Below are positions 1 through 9,721 of a stretch of DNA of 64,000 nucleotides, in pieces. A model generated the notes under the pieces. It worked only from the letters and a program-made list of their open reading frames with translations, made no database searches and was not told where the DNA came from. The first letter of the stretch is position 1, and each line of letters opens with the position of its first letter. The DNA comes from Paraspadella gotoi (lineage: Eukaryota; Animalia; Chaetognatha), in assembly GCA_051294375.1 (NCBI GenBank), contig CM119268.1:5569221-5633220 (forward strand), in the 5' to 3' direction. The translations under genes were made by a program, and so were the position numbers.

Positions 1-600
1 GTGACAAATATCTTTTCACCACCCGCTAAAAATATGCAGATGCAAATGATGCAACAAACTATGCAGAAAATGTTTCAACAGTTTGGAGTTAATATTCATC
101 CTTCAGTAATTGAACAGAGTCTCATTGCTGTTCTTCAACAAAATCTAACGCAGCAAACGATGCAAAAAATTTTGCAGGATGCGCAGTCAATTTTCAAATC
201 TTCTTCTCAAATTTCCGAAGTGAGTTCAATGCCTTCTTCGAACGCTCCTCCACAGTCGACCTCGTCTGCATGTTTTCCTTCCTCCTCACCAAATGTTCAT
301 CAAAACCTTTCGGTGATCAAGCAGGAGTCCGAGTGTCCTCAAACATGCTCCGTCTGTCACCTCTCTTTTGACCAAGACAACGACGAGTATCGCCATCATT
401 TGCTGCAGCACCTGGACGCTTTTGAAGGCAAGACCGAATGTCCATATTGTCGCGCTTATTGCGATACTTCTCTGAAAATGCGTGAACATTTTATGATCGT
501 GCATGGCCAAGTGAAGAAGATCGTTTGTCAAAAAACCTTATGCGTTCGGTCATTTTGGACTTTTAAATCGGCTGAGCGACACAAATTGAATCATAAGTGA
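1..600 (+). CDS. Gene A, 3' part of last exon (5' end outside window): Q-rich region plus terminal triple C2H2 zinc finger
   Basis: Open frame from the window edge to TGA at 598-600. Fingers CSVCHLSFDQDNDEYRHHLLQH, CPYCRAYCDTSLKMREHFMIVH and CQKTLCVRSFWTFKSAERHKLNH align residue for residue with the C-termini of genes B and C. Confidence 0.85.
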   Translation: MTNIFSPPAKNMQMQMMQQTMQKMFQQFGVNIHPSVIEQSLIAVLQQNLTQQTMQKILQDAQSIFKSSSQISEVSSMPSSNAPPQSTSSACFPSSSPNVHQNLSVIKQESECPQTCSVCHLSFDQDNDEYRHHLLQHLDAFEGKTECPYCRAYCDTSLKMREHFMIVHGQVKKIVCQKTLCVRSFWTFKSAERHKLNHK

Positions 601-678
601 TTACTCATTTTTCTTTTTTAAAAAAATCCCAAAGAGGATTATATTGTTTGTGAACGTTTTCAGGTCTTTTATTTAATC

Positions 679-684
679 AATAAA
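679..684 (+). promoter_or_regulatory. Candidate polyadenylation signal of gene A
   Basis: AATAAA about 80 nt after the stop codon. Confidence 0.4.
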
Positions 685-1015
685 CTTTGCTGAAAACTGA
701 TTCAATTATTCATTCGCTAATAAGTATGAACTAGGTCTTTTAAAAACAACCTATGAACACCATTTCTTTGATTTGAAATTACTTTTATTTATCGATTATT
801 ATTTTATAAATTTTTATTTGATTCTTTCTAAAGAAGAAATATGTTAAAGATTTAAAAATTGGTAAAGCAATCATTTGAATCAATATCCGTTATATTTTTT
901 CTATTTTGTAAAGAATTATTCTATACAAGCACGTACATGTAAAAAGTTTATTTCTAAATATTGTATCTCTGTAATTTTGATCGGTTCTTTAATACATTAA
1001 CACATCAATTTTATA

Positions 1016-1240
1016 AAAGACGATGATGAATACCGTTTGCATCTTTTGCAGCATCTGGAAGCCTTTGATAAAAAACTTCTCTGCCCATTCTGTCATTCAT
1101 ACTGTGGAACAGCAATCATTATGCGTCACCATTTTATGGTTGTACATGGAAAGATTTCGAAAATCTATTGCCGAGAAATGACATGCGCGCGATCATTTTG
1201 GACTCATAAATCAGCGACGCGGCATATGGAAAAACATTAA
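1016..1240 (+). pseudogene. Orphan 5'-truncated copy of the terminal triple-C2H2 module
   Basis: Reads KDDDEYRLHLLQHLEAFDKKLLCPFCHSYCGTAIIMRHHFMVVHGKISKIYCREMTCARSFWTHKSATRHMEKH*. It lacks the first CxxC, and the upstream sequence is AT-rich with no homology. Confidence 0.7.
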
Positions 1241-1807
1241 TATGCATTTTTTAGTATTTTTTATCTCATTGTTATTACGTAGTTAAGTTTAAAGTTTAAT
1301 TAGTTTTCAAGATTGTTGATCACTTAAGAACAAATAATTATAAAAATATAAAACGGATAATAGATAAGCAACAATTGAAGGAATGTTATATTTTTAAAGA
1401 TAAAGACAAAAAATAGATATAGACAAAAAATCTAAAATCTTAAAATTTTGTTCTTAATCTAAAAATAGTGATATTTTTAAAATATCTAAATGAATGATTT
1501 CTTTTTTTAAGTGATAAAATAATAGTGTCAAAATAATGCTAAATGTTTTGTAACCAATCTTTTATGATTAAGTTTTCAACTTTAGTTTAGAACTACTGCT
1601 TTAACTTAGTACATTTTATTTCGGTGATTGTTCATAACAACTAGTTTTACCTGGTAGAAATAACATGTGGACCACTACTTAAATGTTACTATTCGGTATC
1701 AATGGTTTAAAAAATAAAAATTATTAGGCGATATATAAAATTATTTTTTCCAGTATCAAAAAACCAATTATGAACAAATCTCTTCCTCTTTCTTGTTTTC
1801 GTATCCC

Positions 1808-2100
1808 TTTTTAGTCGCATCTGCAGATCCGGTTCTATAATTCACTGTATCGGTCCGTCGGTTCATAATGATGTCGGTAAATAAACTTAAACCATTTCAG
1901 AACATCAAATTATGATAAACTATGCTAAAAAATGGATGTCCGTCCATTCGTCCATCCGTCCATCCCTGTAAGATTTAAAGACCAATTACTAATGAGTTGA
2001 TTGGGCGACTGATTTGAAATTTTGCTTGTAGGTTAGGAAATATTTGAATGAACAGAAAATTAAATTTTAGTGAAATCGTCTTAGTGGAAATGAGTTTAAA
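1808..2100 (+). mobile_element. Probable non-autonomous interspersed element of the DINE-1/HINE (Helentron-associated) type
   Basis: T-run start, internal GTCC/GTCG microsatellite (gtccgtccattcgtccatccgtcc) and a downstream 'atttgaaatttt' segment. This layout is typical of such elements; boundaries are approximate. Confidence 0.35.
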
Positions 2101-2465
2101 TAAAAAAAAAATTTTAACTATTTTATTTTTTCCCTTTTATATTAAATGTAAATGCAAGCTGTAACAATAACTATAACGATTTTAAAAAAAATTATGAATT
2201 AACTTATCATCTGATAAGTTGCTTAGTAGCTTAGTACTTAATTATCGTGAGCAGATACGCGGCATTGGTTGCTCAAACTTATTATGTTGGTGTTAAGTTA
2301 TAACTCACGAGTGTAAAAAAAGTTTGTGAAACAAAGTGAAAGATTAATTTCTATACAATTCGTTAATTGTCATAAATCTCAGCATCTGATAATTGCTCAT
2401 TTCATGTTATTCATTTGCATTAGTGACAAAAACACCCAAGGGAAAAAAAACCGTTTTTTTTTACA

Positions 2466-2888
2466 ATGAAACAAGATACTATAATGGACCAAGTTACTAA
2501 CTGTACAAACAACGAGGAAGTCAATCAACACAAATCTGTGCAAGTCAAGTTTCGAGAGCTGTCGTCGTCTAGTCTGAACTTGACGAGTGAAAGCGTGAAT
2601 TCCAACGAAGAAAATTTGAAAAGTGAAACGGTTGAAAATAAAAAGATGAGTTTGATCGAAAAAAAAAAGGAGGAAAAAACCCAAAAGGATGAAAAAGAAA
2701 AGAATGAAAAAGAAGAGGGAGAGAAATATACTGAACTGAGAAAAAAGAAGGAAAGTCTAACTCCAATAAAATCAGGAGAAAAGAATTCAGAAGTGGAAGC
2801 GACGACATCAAGAGCGAATAGCGTCAAGTTGGTCAATCAAATCATCACCTACGAAAACTACGAATACCGAAAGCAAAACAGTCGCCAG
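2466..2888 (+). CDS. Gene B exon 1 (141 codons): charged N-terminus plus N-half of a FLYWCH-type finger
   Basis: ATG at 2466. Ends ...NQIITYENYEYRKQNSRQ at donor CAG|GTAAAC (GT 2889-2890, phase 0). An additional upstream exon cannot be excluded. Confidence 0.75.
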
Positions 2889-3136
2889 GTAAACAATGAT
2901 TTTTTTATTTTTATGTATTTTTAATCGATGCCGGTTTTGTGTAAGTAAAAACAATAGTTTTTTTTATATTTGGATTGCATAAAGTTTTATTTATTGGAGA
3001 ACTTGATAAAAATAATATTAATTTATCGTTCTACAATGTTGTATAGTTATATATTCTGGCCAATCGAACCATTTTGATTTTAAATTTCTTATTAAAATGA
3101 CTTAACGGTTAACCTTATCTTTCTACCCCCCCCCAG

Positions 3137-5296
3137 ATTACCCGACGTCAACAGCGTTGGGAATGTCGTCATCGTTCGAGCAAAAAGTGCAAAGGAAAGA
3201 TCGACGTCACCTTCAAGGATCCGCTCGATCTTTCCAAAGGCGTCGACGAGGTCGTCGTGGTCGATCCGCATCACCACGAGCCGTTGGACTCTAAAAAATC
3301 TCCCTTTCGGCGAGAAACACTCGTCAACGAAGTTGTGAAGAAAAAGAAAAATCATCAAAAAGGTGAGGATACTGATCCTTACCCGAATCACAATGGGGGC
3401 AAGTCGAGCGTCGACCGCCTGACTCTCGACCGCTCGACAGAGGGTCAATCAGCAGTGAACGACTCGACTATCAAAATCTCAACAAATGACTCTCCTATTA
3501 CCAAATACCAAACGGCCGTCCGCCCAACCATAGACCGCTCTATGGAACATCATTGCAAATTTTGTACAAAATCCTTCTCCATTAATGGGCGACTAACCCG
3601 TCATATCAAAGACGTTCATCAAAAACGGTTTTACCGTTGTCGGGCGTGCGACGCCGTCATTAGTGGAGGAAGTTTTAAAAAACACGTTAAATATTTCGGG
3701 CACGATCCAAACACTAGTTTCGACATTGTATACCTCGGCGATGAGCCGACTTCCGCCGGCTACCGAGAGAAGATCGGAGTAAAAAGTGACAAAAGAATTG
3801 GGAAAAGAGAAAAAGTCGAAGAAAACAAAGAGGCAGACAAAAAAGATAATAGCGACGACATTGAAGACGAAGAAAAAGATGATTTGTCCGACAAAAGTAG
3901 CGCAGATATCGAGGATGCGGCGGCTCATGTTAACCTGGAAAGCGCGACGGCGAGGGTTAAAGATCCGACGCCACAAAAATCTGAAAAAGAAAAAGTTAAA
4001 AAAAGGAAAAGTGGTTCGCCTTTAAAAAAGGCAAAGAGGGACGAAAAACCAAATTTTCTGCAGAATCTAGACCATTCAGCGACTCGTTCCGTCAAGTCCT
4101 CGGCCCCTCGTTTTTCGCTGAGGGGAATCATTGGTCCCAGACGATTCAAAGGCATTGCCAAAGAAAATAAGCGAGGCGATGATTGCGACCAAGATGACGA
4201 CGTTGGAAGCAAAGAGAAAGAGCAAGATGACGAGGACATTGTGATAATTGGTTCCGCTCCTAAAAGGCAAAAAAATATTGTTGACATTGAACTATTGACA
4301 AAAGAGAAAATCAAGAGCAATCAAAATAATAAATTAGGAAATGAAGCGATGATTTTGATGAAAAAAAAGCTGATGGAGATTGTAGGCAATGGAACCAACA
4401 ACGAAATGGGCAGTTTTGGCGGCATTGTGTCCGGTAATTCGAATGTGGCAAATGGCACTGAAAATTCAGCATCCATCAATGACTCATCGCGATCGCCGAT
4501 TCTTCCACAAATGCAACAGTTGATGTTGCAACAGCTGCAAGCCAACGCTCAGCCTTTGCTCATGCAAAATTGTTTAACACTAATGCTACAAACAATGCAA
4601 AAGAATTTAGCTCAACCAAAAAAAGTGACTAATTCGGAGAAAGGGCAAAGTTCAATGCAGATGGAAAATAAAGGACCTTCGACGGAACTACCATCTGCAA
4701 TCACGCAACCATCTGCAATCACGCAGATTCTCTCGTCTATCTTGCCACAACCGAGTCTCGCTGGGGATTCAGCCGACACCGCAAGGTCTTGTCGGTCAAA
4801 GTCGCCGGACATCTTCAAAAGATCCTCGTCGCCTTGGTCTTTTCCGTCGTCCCTGTCATCGTCGCTGTCGTCGGCGTCGGCATCAAAGACTGAAACAACT
4901 ACAGCACCCGCAGCCTCTACGTCCCACCCGCTCGCCAAAAAGCCGCGCGTCTCGGTGAAGCTCGAGGCTGCTCCGTCTCTCTCCTGCAGCGTCTGCCACC
5001 TGCCCTTTGACGTCGACGACGACGAGTTACGCTTGCACCTGCTGCGACACCTGGAGGAATTCGAGGGCAAGACCGCCTGCCCGTTTTGCCGCGCCACCTG
5101 CTCCACGCCCTCGTCTTTGCGCGATCACTTTCTTATGGTTCACGGAGGCGTCAAGAAAGTCTTTTGTCGGGAGCCGTCTTGCGCGAGGGCCTTTTGGACG
5201 TTCAAGGCTGCGAGGCGGCACGAGGCCGTTCATAGGGGAAAAGGGGGCGGGGCGGGGAAGAAAGGGGTTTCGAGTGGGCACGGGGCTGTTCATTAA
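3137..5296 (+). CDS. Gene B exon 2: FLYWCH C-half, paired C2H2 module, charged and Q-rich regions, terminal triple C2H2
   Basis: Acceptor ...ccccccccAG (3135-3136) is in frame with ORF 3257-5296. Reads ITRRQQRWECRHRSSKKCKGKIDV...DPHHHEP, then CKFCTKSFSINGRLTRHIKDVH/CRACDAVISGGSFKKHVKYFGH, and ends with CSVC../CPFC../CREPSC.. fingers. Confidence 0.85.
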   Translation: MTRRQQRWECRHRSSKKCKGKIDVTFKDPLDLSKGVDEVVVVDPHHHEPLDSKKSPFRRETLVNEVVKKKKNHQKGEDTDPYPNHNGGKSSVDRLTLDRSTEGQSAVNDSTIKISTNDSPITKYQTAVRPTIDRSMEHHCKFCTKSFSINGRLTRHIKDVHQKRFYRCRACDAVISGGSFKKHVKYFGHDPNTSFDIVYLGDEPTSAGYREKIGVKSDKRIGKREKVEENKEADKKDNSDDIEDEEKDDLSDKSSADIEDAAAHVNLESATARVKDPTPQKSEKEKVKKRKSGSPLKKAKRDEKPNFLQNLDHSATRSVKSSAPRFSLRGIIGPRRFKGIAKENKRGDDCDQDDDVGSKEKEQDDEDIVIIGSAPKRQKNIVDIELLTKEKIKSNQNNKLGNEAMILMKKKLMEIVGNGTNNEMGSFGGIVSGNSNVANGTENSASINDSSRSPILPQMQQLMLQQLQANAQPLLMQNCLTLMLQTMQKNLAQPKKVTNSEKGQSSMQMENKGPSTELPSAITQPSAITQILSSILPQPSLAGDSADTARSCRSKSPDIFKRSSSPWSFPSSLSSSLSSASASKTETTTAPAASTSHPLAKKPRVSVKLEAAPSLSCSVCHLPFDVDDDELRLHLLRHLEEFEGKTACPFCRATCSTPSSLRDHFLMVHGGVKKVFCREPSCARAFWTFKAARRHEAVHRGKGGGAGKKGVSSGHGAVH

Positions 5297-5359
5297 CGCG
5301 GAACATCGTAATCACTAAAAGTTTTTGAATGGAAATGTTTTAAATGACGTACATTGTGG

Positions 5360-5492
5360 CTTTCAAGTTGCGCGGAGCAACTTTTCGGTCGGTCTGTCGG
5401 TCGGTATGTCTGTCCCGCTTACGTTAAAAATGCTCATAACACATGAAAAGAAAGTCACTGAGGCGTAACTCATTGGATAAACTGATCTTGTT
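5360..5492 (+). repeat. Short interspersed repeat with a small hairpin and (GTCG/GTCT)n tract, HINE-like
   Basis: AAGTTGC-gcgga-GCAACTT hairpin followed by tcggtcggtctgtcggtcggtatgtctgtc. Similar tetranucleotide tracts occur at about 44770-44840 (opposite strand) and about 61955-61985. Confidence 0.3.
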
Positions 5493-6223
5493 AAATATAT
5501 TAAAACAATATCAATCGTAAAATTTTTTTTCATTTTTCAAATTTTTTTATAATAGATTCTAATAGGTCTTTTAAAAATATTATTACACCATTTTAAATTT
5601 TCTATTTTTTATCGGTTAAAATTAGATGATGAGAGAAAATGGTCTTAATAGAAAGTTTGACTCGATTTTGTATTATATATGTTGTTTCTTTCATATCTAT
5701 CGTATTAATTATATTATAATGTACTACCTCAATAGTCAATTGAAAAAAAAATTGTTCTCGTAAATTTGAATAACACTTTTATTGAAATTATTATACAAGA
5801 GACAGAAAGACGAAATAGAATTATACTCTAAAATTTTTTAGCTCTCTTGCTGAGAAGTGATTGGGTAGTGATTATTAACTAATGTCTTTTTGATCACAAT
5901 CATACTATTTTTATCAATCAGATTTTGAAGTTAAATGTTTCTCATCGGTCAAAAGGCGTAAACAAAAGTCGAAAGCCATCATCGACTAGAAAATCATGAA
6001 AACAAATATTCCGTCTTGTTTACATATCTAATTCTCGTTGTCTTAATATGAAGTTGAAATATATTGGAATTTGTGTCCCGAAGTTTAACAACATGAGTAA
6101 AATAATAGATTTAAATAGATTTATTAATAGTTACCTAAATAGAGTATCGTATTTTGAACATGTTGATGATTTCGATCATCATTTTGATACATCAAGAATT
6201 TTTGACTCAACTTTTTCGATGGC

Positions 6224-6225
<2 letters not shown>

Positions 6226-6280
<55 letters not shown>
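6226..6280. repeat. (CT)n microsatellite
   Basis: Pure dinucleotide run. Confidence 0.95.
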
Positions 6281-6283
<3 letters not shown>

Positions 6284-7749
6284 GATTCCCTGAAAAGGCT
6301 TCAGCCTGTCAATAATGAACGGATTTTTTCGCCCAAGATTTTGTTGAAAAACCTGCGTCTTCGAAAATAGAAAATGATAAATTTATTAGCAGCATACAAT
6401 GTACGTATAGTGTAGTATACTACACCTTTGTCACGTTACCAATTTCAGTTTGTAAATATAATTAACATACAAAATATTACATACAAAATATAATTTGCAT
6501 TTATAAAACAAGTAATCTTGCAATTTTTCATGGAGTTGTATATTTTTTTTTTAAACGCGATTTCAAGCGAGTTCTCTTTCTCGTCGTCGTTGTTGTTGTC
6601 GTTGTAGAAGAGAAACAGTTTTCGTTATCGGAATAACAAACGCAACTTTCATCTCCTCCTCCTCCTCCTTCTCCCTTCTCTTCTATAAACAAAGAATTTA
6701 TCCCCAAACAAAAATCTTCGCTTTTTTTTTTATCTCCATTGATTCTCTTTCGTGGTCAGAATTTTCTTTTAATCGCGGCTTCAGTTTATGGTCTTTTTAT
6801 GGGTCAGTCGACGACGACGACGACGATGATAACAACGACGACGATTTCTCGTTTGGACGCATCATCTGTCCATCGGCCACTTTTATCTTCACAAAAACCA
6901 GATTTTTACTGAATCATTGTGAACATATTAATCTTATAAATTAATATGCCTTTCTTATGTTTTTTTTAAGAGCCCGTTGTTCTAAAAGATTCCAAATAAA
7001 ATTATTCGAAAGAGATTTAAAAAAATAATTAGTAATTGACGAGATTTATCAATGTTCTAAATTGGGCCTCTTCCCTTCACAGTTCGCGAATGGCAAAAAT
7101 CCGGTGAATGTGAACCGAGTCATTCGGTCTCGGTGAATCTCACAGTCGAAGCTCAACTGAAAATTCGCGGCGAAAAAAACGCAAATGATTTTAGTTTATC
7201 AAAAAAAAAAAAAAAGAAAAAAGAAAAAATAATGTTTCTTCTGATAAAAATTTTTCCTAAACTATAACCTAAACTAAAAATAACGAAAATATATTCAACG
7301 ATAATTTGAATCGTTTGTTTTAATTTTTTTCCAAGGAAATAAAGTTTTGAAAAACGAACGATCAAAAAAAAAAAAAAAAAATGTTGTTCCTGTGGATTCG
7401 ATCCCCGGCGTCCTTCAAGTTCGTGGCAACGCCGACAATCATAATCCGGCGTCTCGCCACATTCCGACAACTTTAATTAAACTTTATTAAAATCTTCTTT
7501 GGGAAATCTTTATATAACTTGGCTCAGGATTGCGAAAAGTTTAATATTTTAAAAAAGAAAAGAAAACTCTATTGACCAATCGTATTTTAATTCTTTCTTG
7601 ATTTGAAAGCCTTTTCATTATTAATTACTGTTCTGTCTCTATTTACAGATACAGCAACCTTGTTCTTTAACGGCAGTTCAACAATCTACTTATTCCTGTT
7701 CCTGCACTAAGAGTAACTCCCACGACCTTTGCAGCAACCTTTTCCCTCG

Positions 7750-8325
7750 ATGCCGCAAATGAAGCAAGAAGAATTTTTCTTTCCTCTAACGTCCGCCTCG
7801 GTCGACCAAAAGGCATTGACTGTCTCCCTCTCGCCCAGATCGAAAATAATCCACAAAAAACAAAACTCGGTCCTTACGATGACTCATCAGGAATCAGAGC
7901 AGCAGGATGCAACATTGCAGCAAAATACCCCGACTGAGCGTCCGAAGCCTCTGTTGAAGAATTCTTCCCCTTCTGATCCTAATTTGTCTCCGACAATGAA
8001 TCCAACTGCGTCTTTACGGAAAGAGTCTTTCGACATTCAAAAAGATTCTTTCTTGCTGCAGAAACAAGAGCTGCCGCATCCAGATTCCCCGATGCCGCAA
8101 GATGATCTGACTGCGGGATGTCAGCAATCCTCCCCCACGCATCTAAATCAATCCCAAAGGCAGCAACCAAAAAATCCCACACAAAACGACTCCCAGGATA
8201 AAATGAATGATGCAGCGTCTTGCTATAAAGAGGACGACATTTCACAGGAAATATTATTGACGAAAAGTTTGACGGGATCCACAGTGTACATTCATCAAGG
8301 ATACGAATATTTCAAATACAAAACG
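7750..8325 (+). CDS. Gene C coding exon 1 (192 codons): Q/P/S-rich N-terminus plus N-half of FLYWCH finger 1
   Basis: First in-frame ATG at 7750, with in-frame stops upstream. Ends ...LTGSTVYIHQGYEYFKYKT at donor ACG|GTAAAA (GT 8326-8327, phase 0). A candidate acceptor at 7647-7648 suggests a 5' UTR intron. Confidence 0.75.
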
Positions 8326-8906
8326 GTAAAAAGAAAAGAAAATTGAAAAACAAAATGTATGAAATTAAAATTATTTTGTTTGTAACTTGCTGGAACCTGC
8401 TCTTCCTGTATCATCTCCGTAATGGCTTGGAGAGTTAACAACGTGCCATCTTCAAAACCAACAGTCTTGAGCAGCTTGCCTCAGTCACAACGGTCGTTTG
8501 TAAGAGCGGGCTTATAAGTTTCCAGTGGTTAAATTAAAAACAATTCTTATTTCCAGTTACTTTACTTCAAATTTCTTTTAATTTGTGATATTTAAGATAA
8601 GTTCTTGCAAACAACTAAAGTATATGGTCACTTTTTTCCAGAAGTGTCAATTTCTGTTCTTCAAAATCCAAACTTTAATTTAATTATTTAATTCAAACAT
8701 GTTAACAAAACCAAACCTAATTCCGAACCCTGACATCTTACCCTAATCATTAATCCTAAGCACGATTCTTTAACCCTAGTCCCTAACGTAATCCCTAGCA
8801 ATTAATCTTTATCCCAATTTATTAAATTAATACCGAATTATAGCGAAAATCGGGCTCTTTAAGAAAATAAAACGATTCGAAAATCCCCACCAATTTTTTT
8901 TGTTAG

Positions 8907-9371
8907 GAACGGTATTGGAAGTGTCGTGTCAGAACCCAGAAAGCCTGCGCGGGAAGGATTCTATTTGACTTCAAAGACGAGAAAAATCCTTCGCTCGGTC
9001 TCAATTCGTTCGTCAGAGTTCAAGAGCACAACCACGGACCCACGTTTGATCCGGACTACACGCCGAAGTTTGGGTCTCGGAATCGTGAAGTGGACGAGGA
9101 TGAAGACAACGACGACAACAACAAAAACGAGAACGACGACACTGGCGGCCGCATAACAATTTCGTTGAGACGAAAGAAGCTGCAGCAGAAGCGTTTTAAG
9201 CGGACAGCTGCCGCGGCTGGGACGGCTGGCACGGCGGCGGCGGATGAGAAAGAGAAAGAAGATGAAAATAAAAGGAAGAAATCCAATGGGTTGAAGATCG
9301 TGAAGGGACTTATTGGAAACGACATCATCGTTTATCGAAAGTTCGAATACCGACTACGACTTTTAAAGTTT
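8907..9371 (+). CDS. Gene C exon 2 (155 codons): C-half of FLYWCH 1 and N-half of FLYWCH 2
   Basis: Acceptor ttttgttAG (8905-8906). Reads ERYWKCRVRTQKACAGRILFDFKDEKNPSLGLNSFVRVQEHNHGP...GNDIIVYRKFEYRLRLLKF, in frame with ORF 9090. Donor GTAAGT at 9372. Confidence 0.8.
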
Positions 9372-9721
9372 GTAAGTAAAATATGAAATTGGTACAACCA
9401 ATATAAAAATTATTATTATATTATGATTGAAAATTTGAAATATTATACCACTTCTTGGTTAGGGAAGTCATTAATTCTTGGAGCGAATAAACGAGACTGT
9501 GAGATAGTTTATATTGAAAGCTTGCAGGGACCTGTTATGTCATTAACTTGTAAAAGTGATGGAGGCCTTAAGCCATCATAACCTGTCCAAAGTAAGGACG
9601 CAAGATAGCTTATAGCTTATGAATGTATAATTTTATCTTGTTAGTTCCAATATCATGACTATGAATAATAATATTAATTAACGATGTTTATTTAATTTTT
9701 ATTTAATCATTGTTTTACCAG

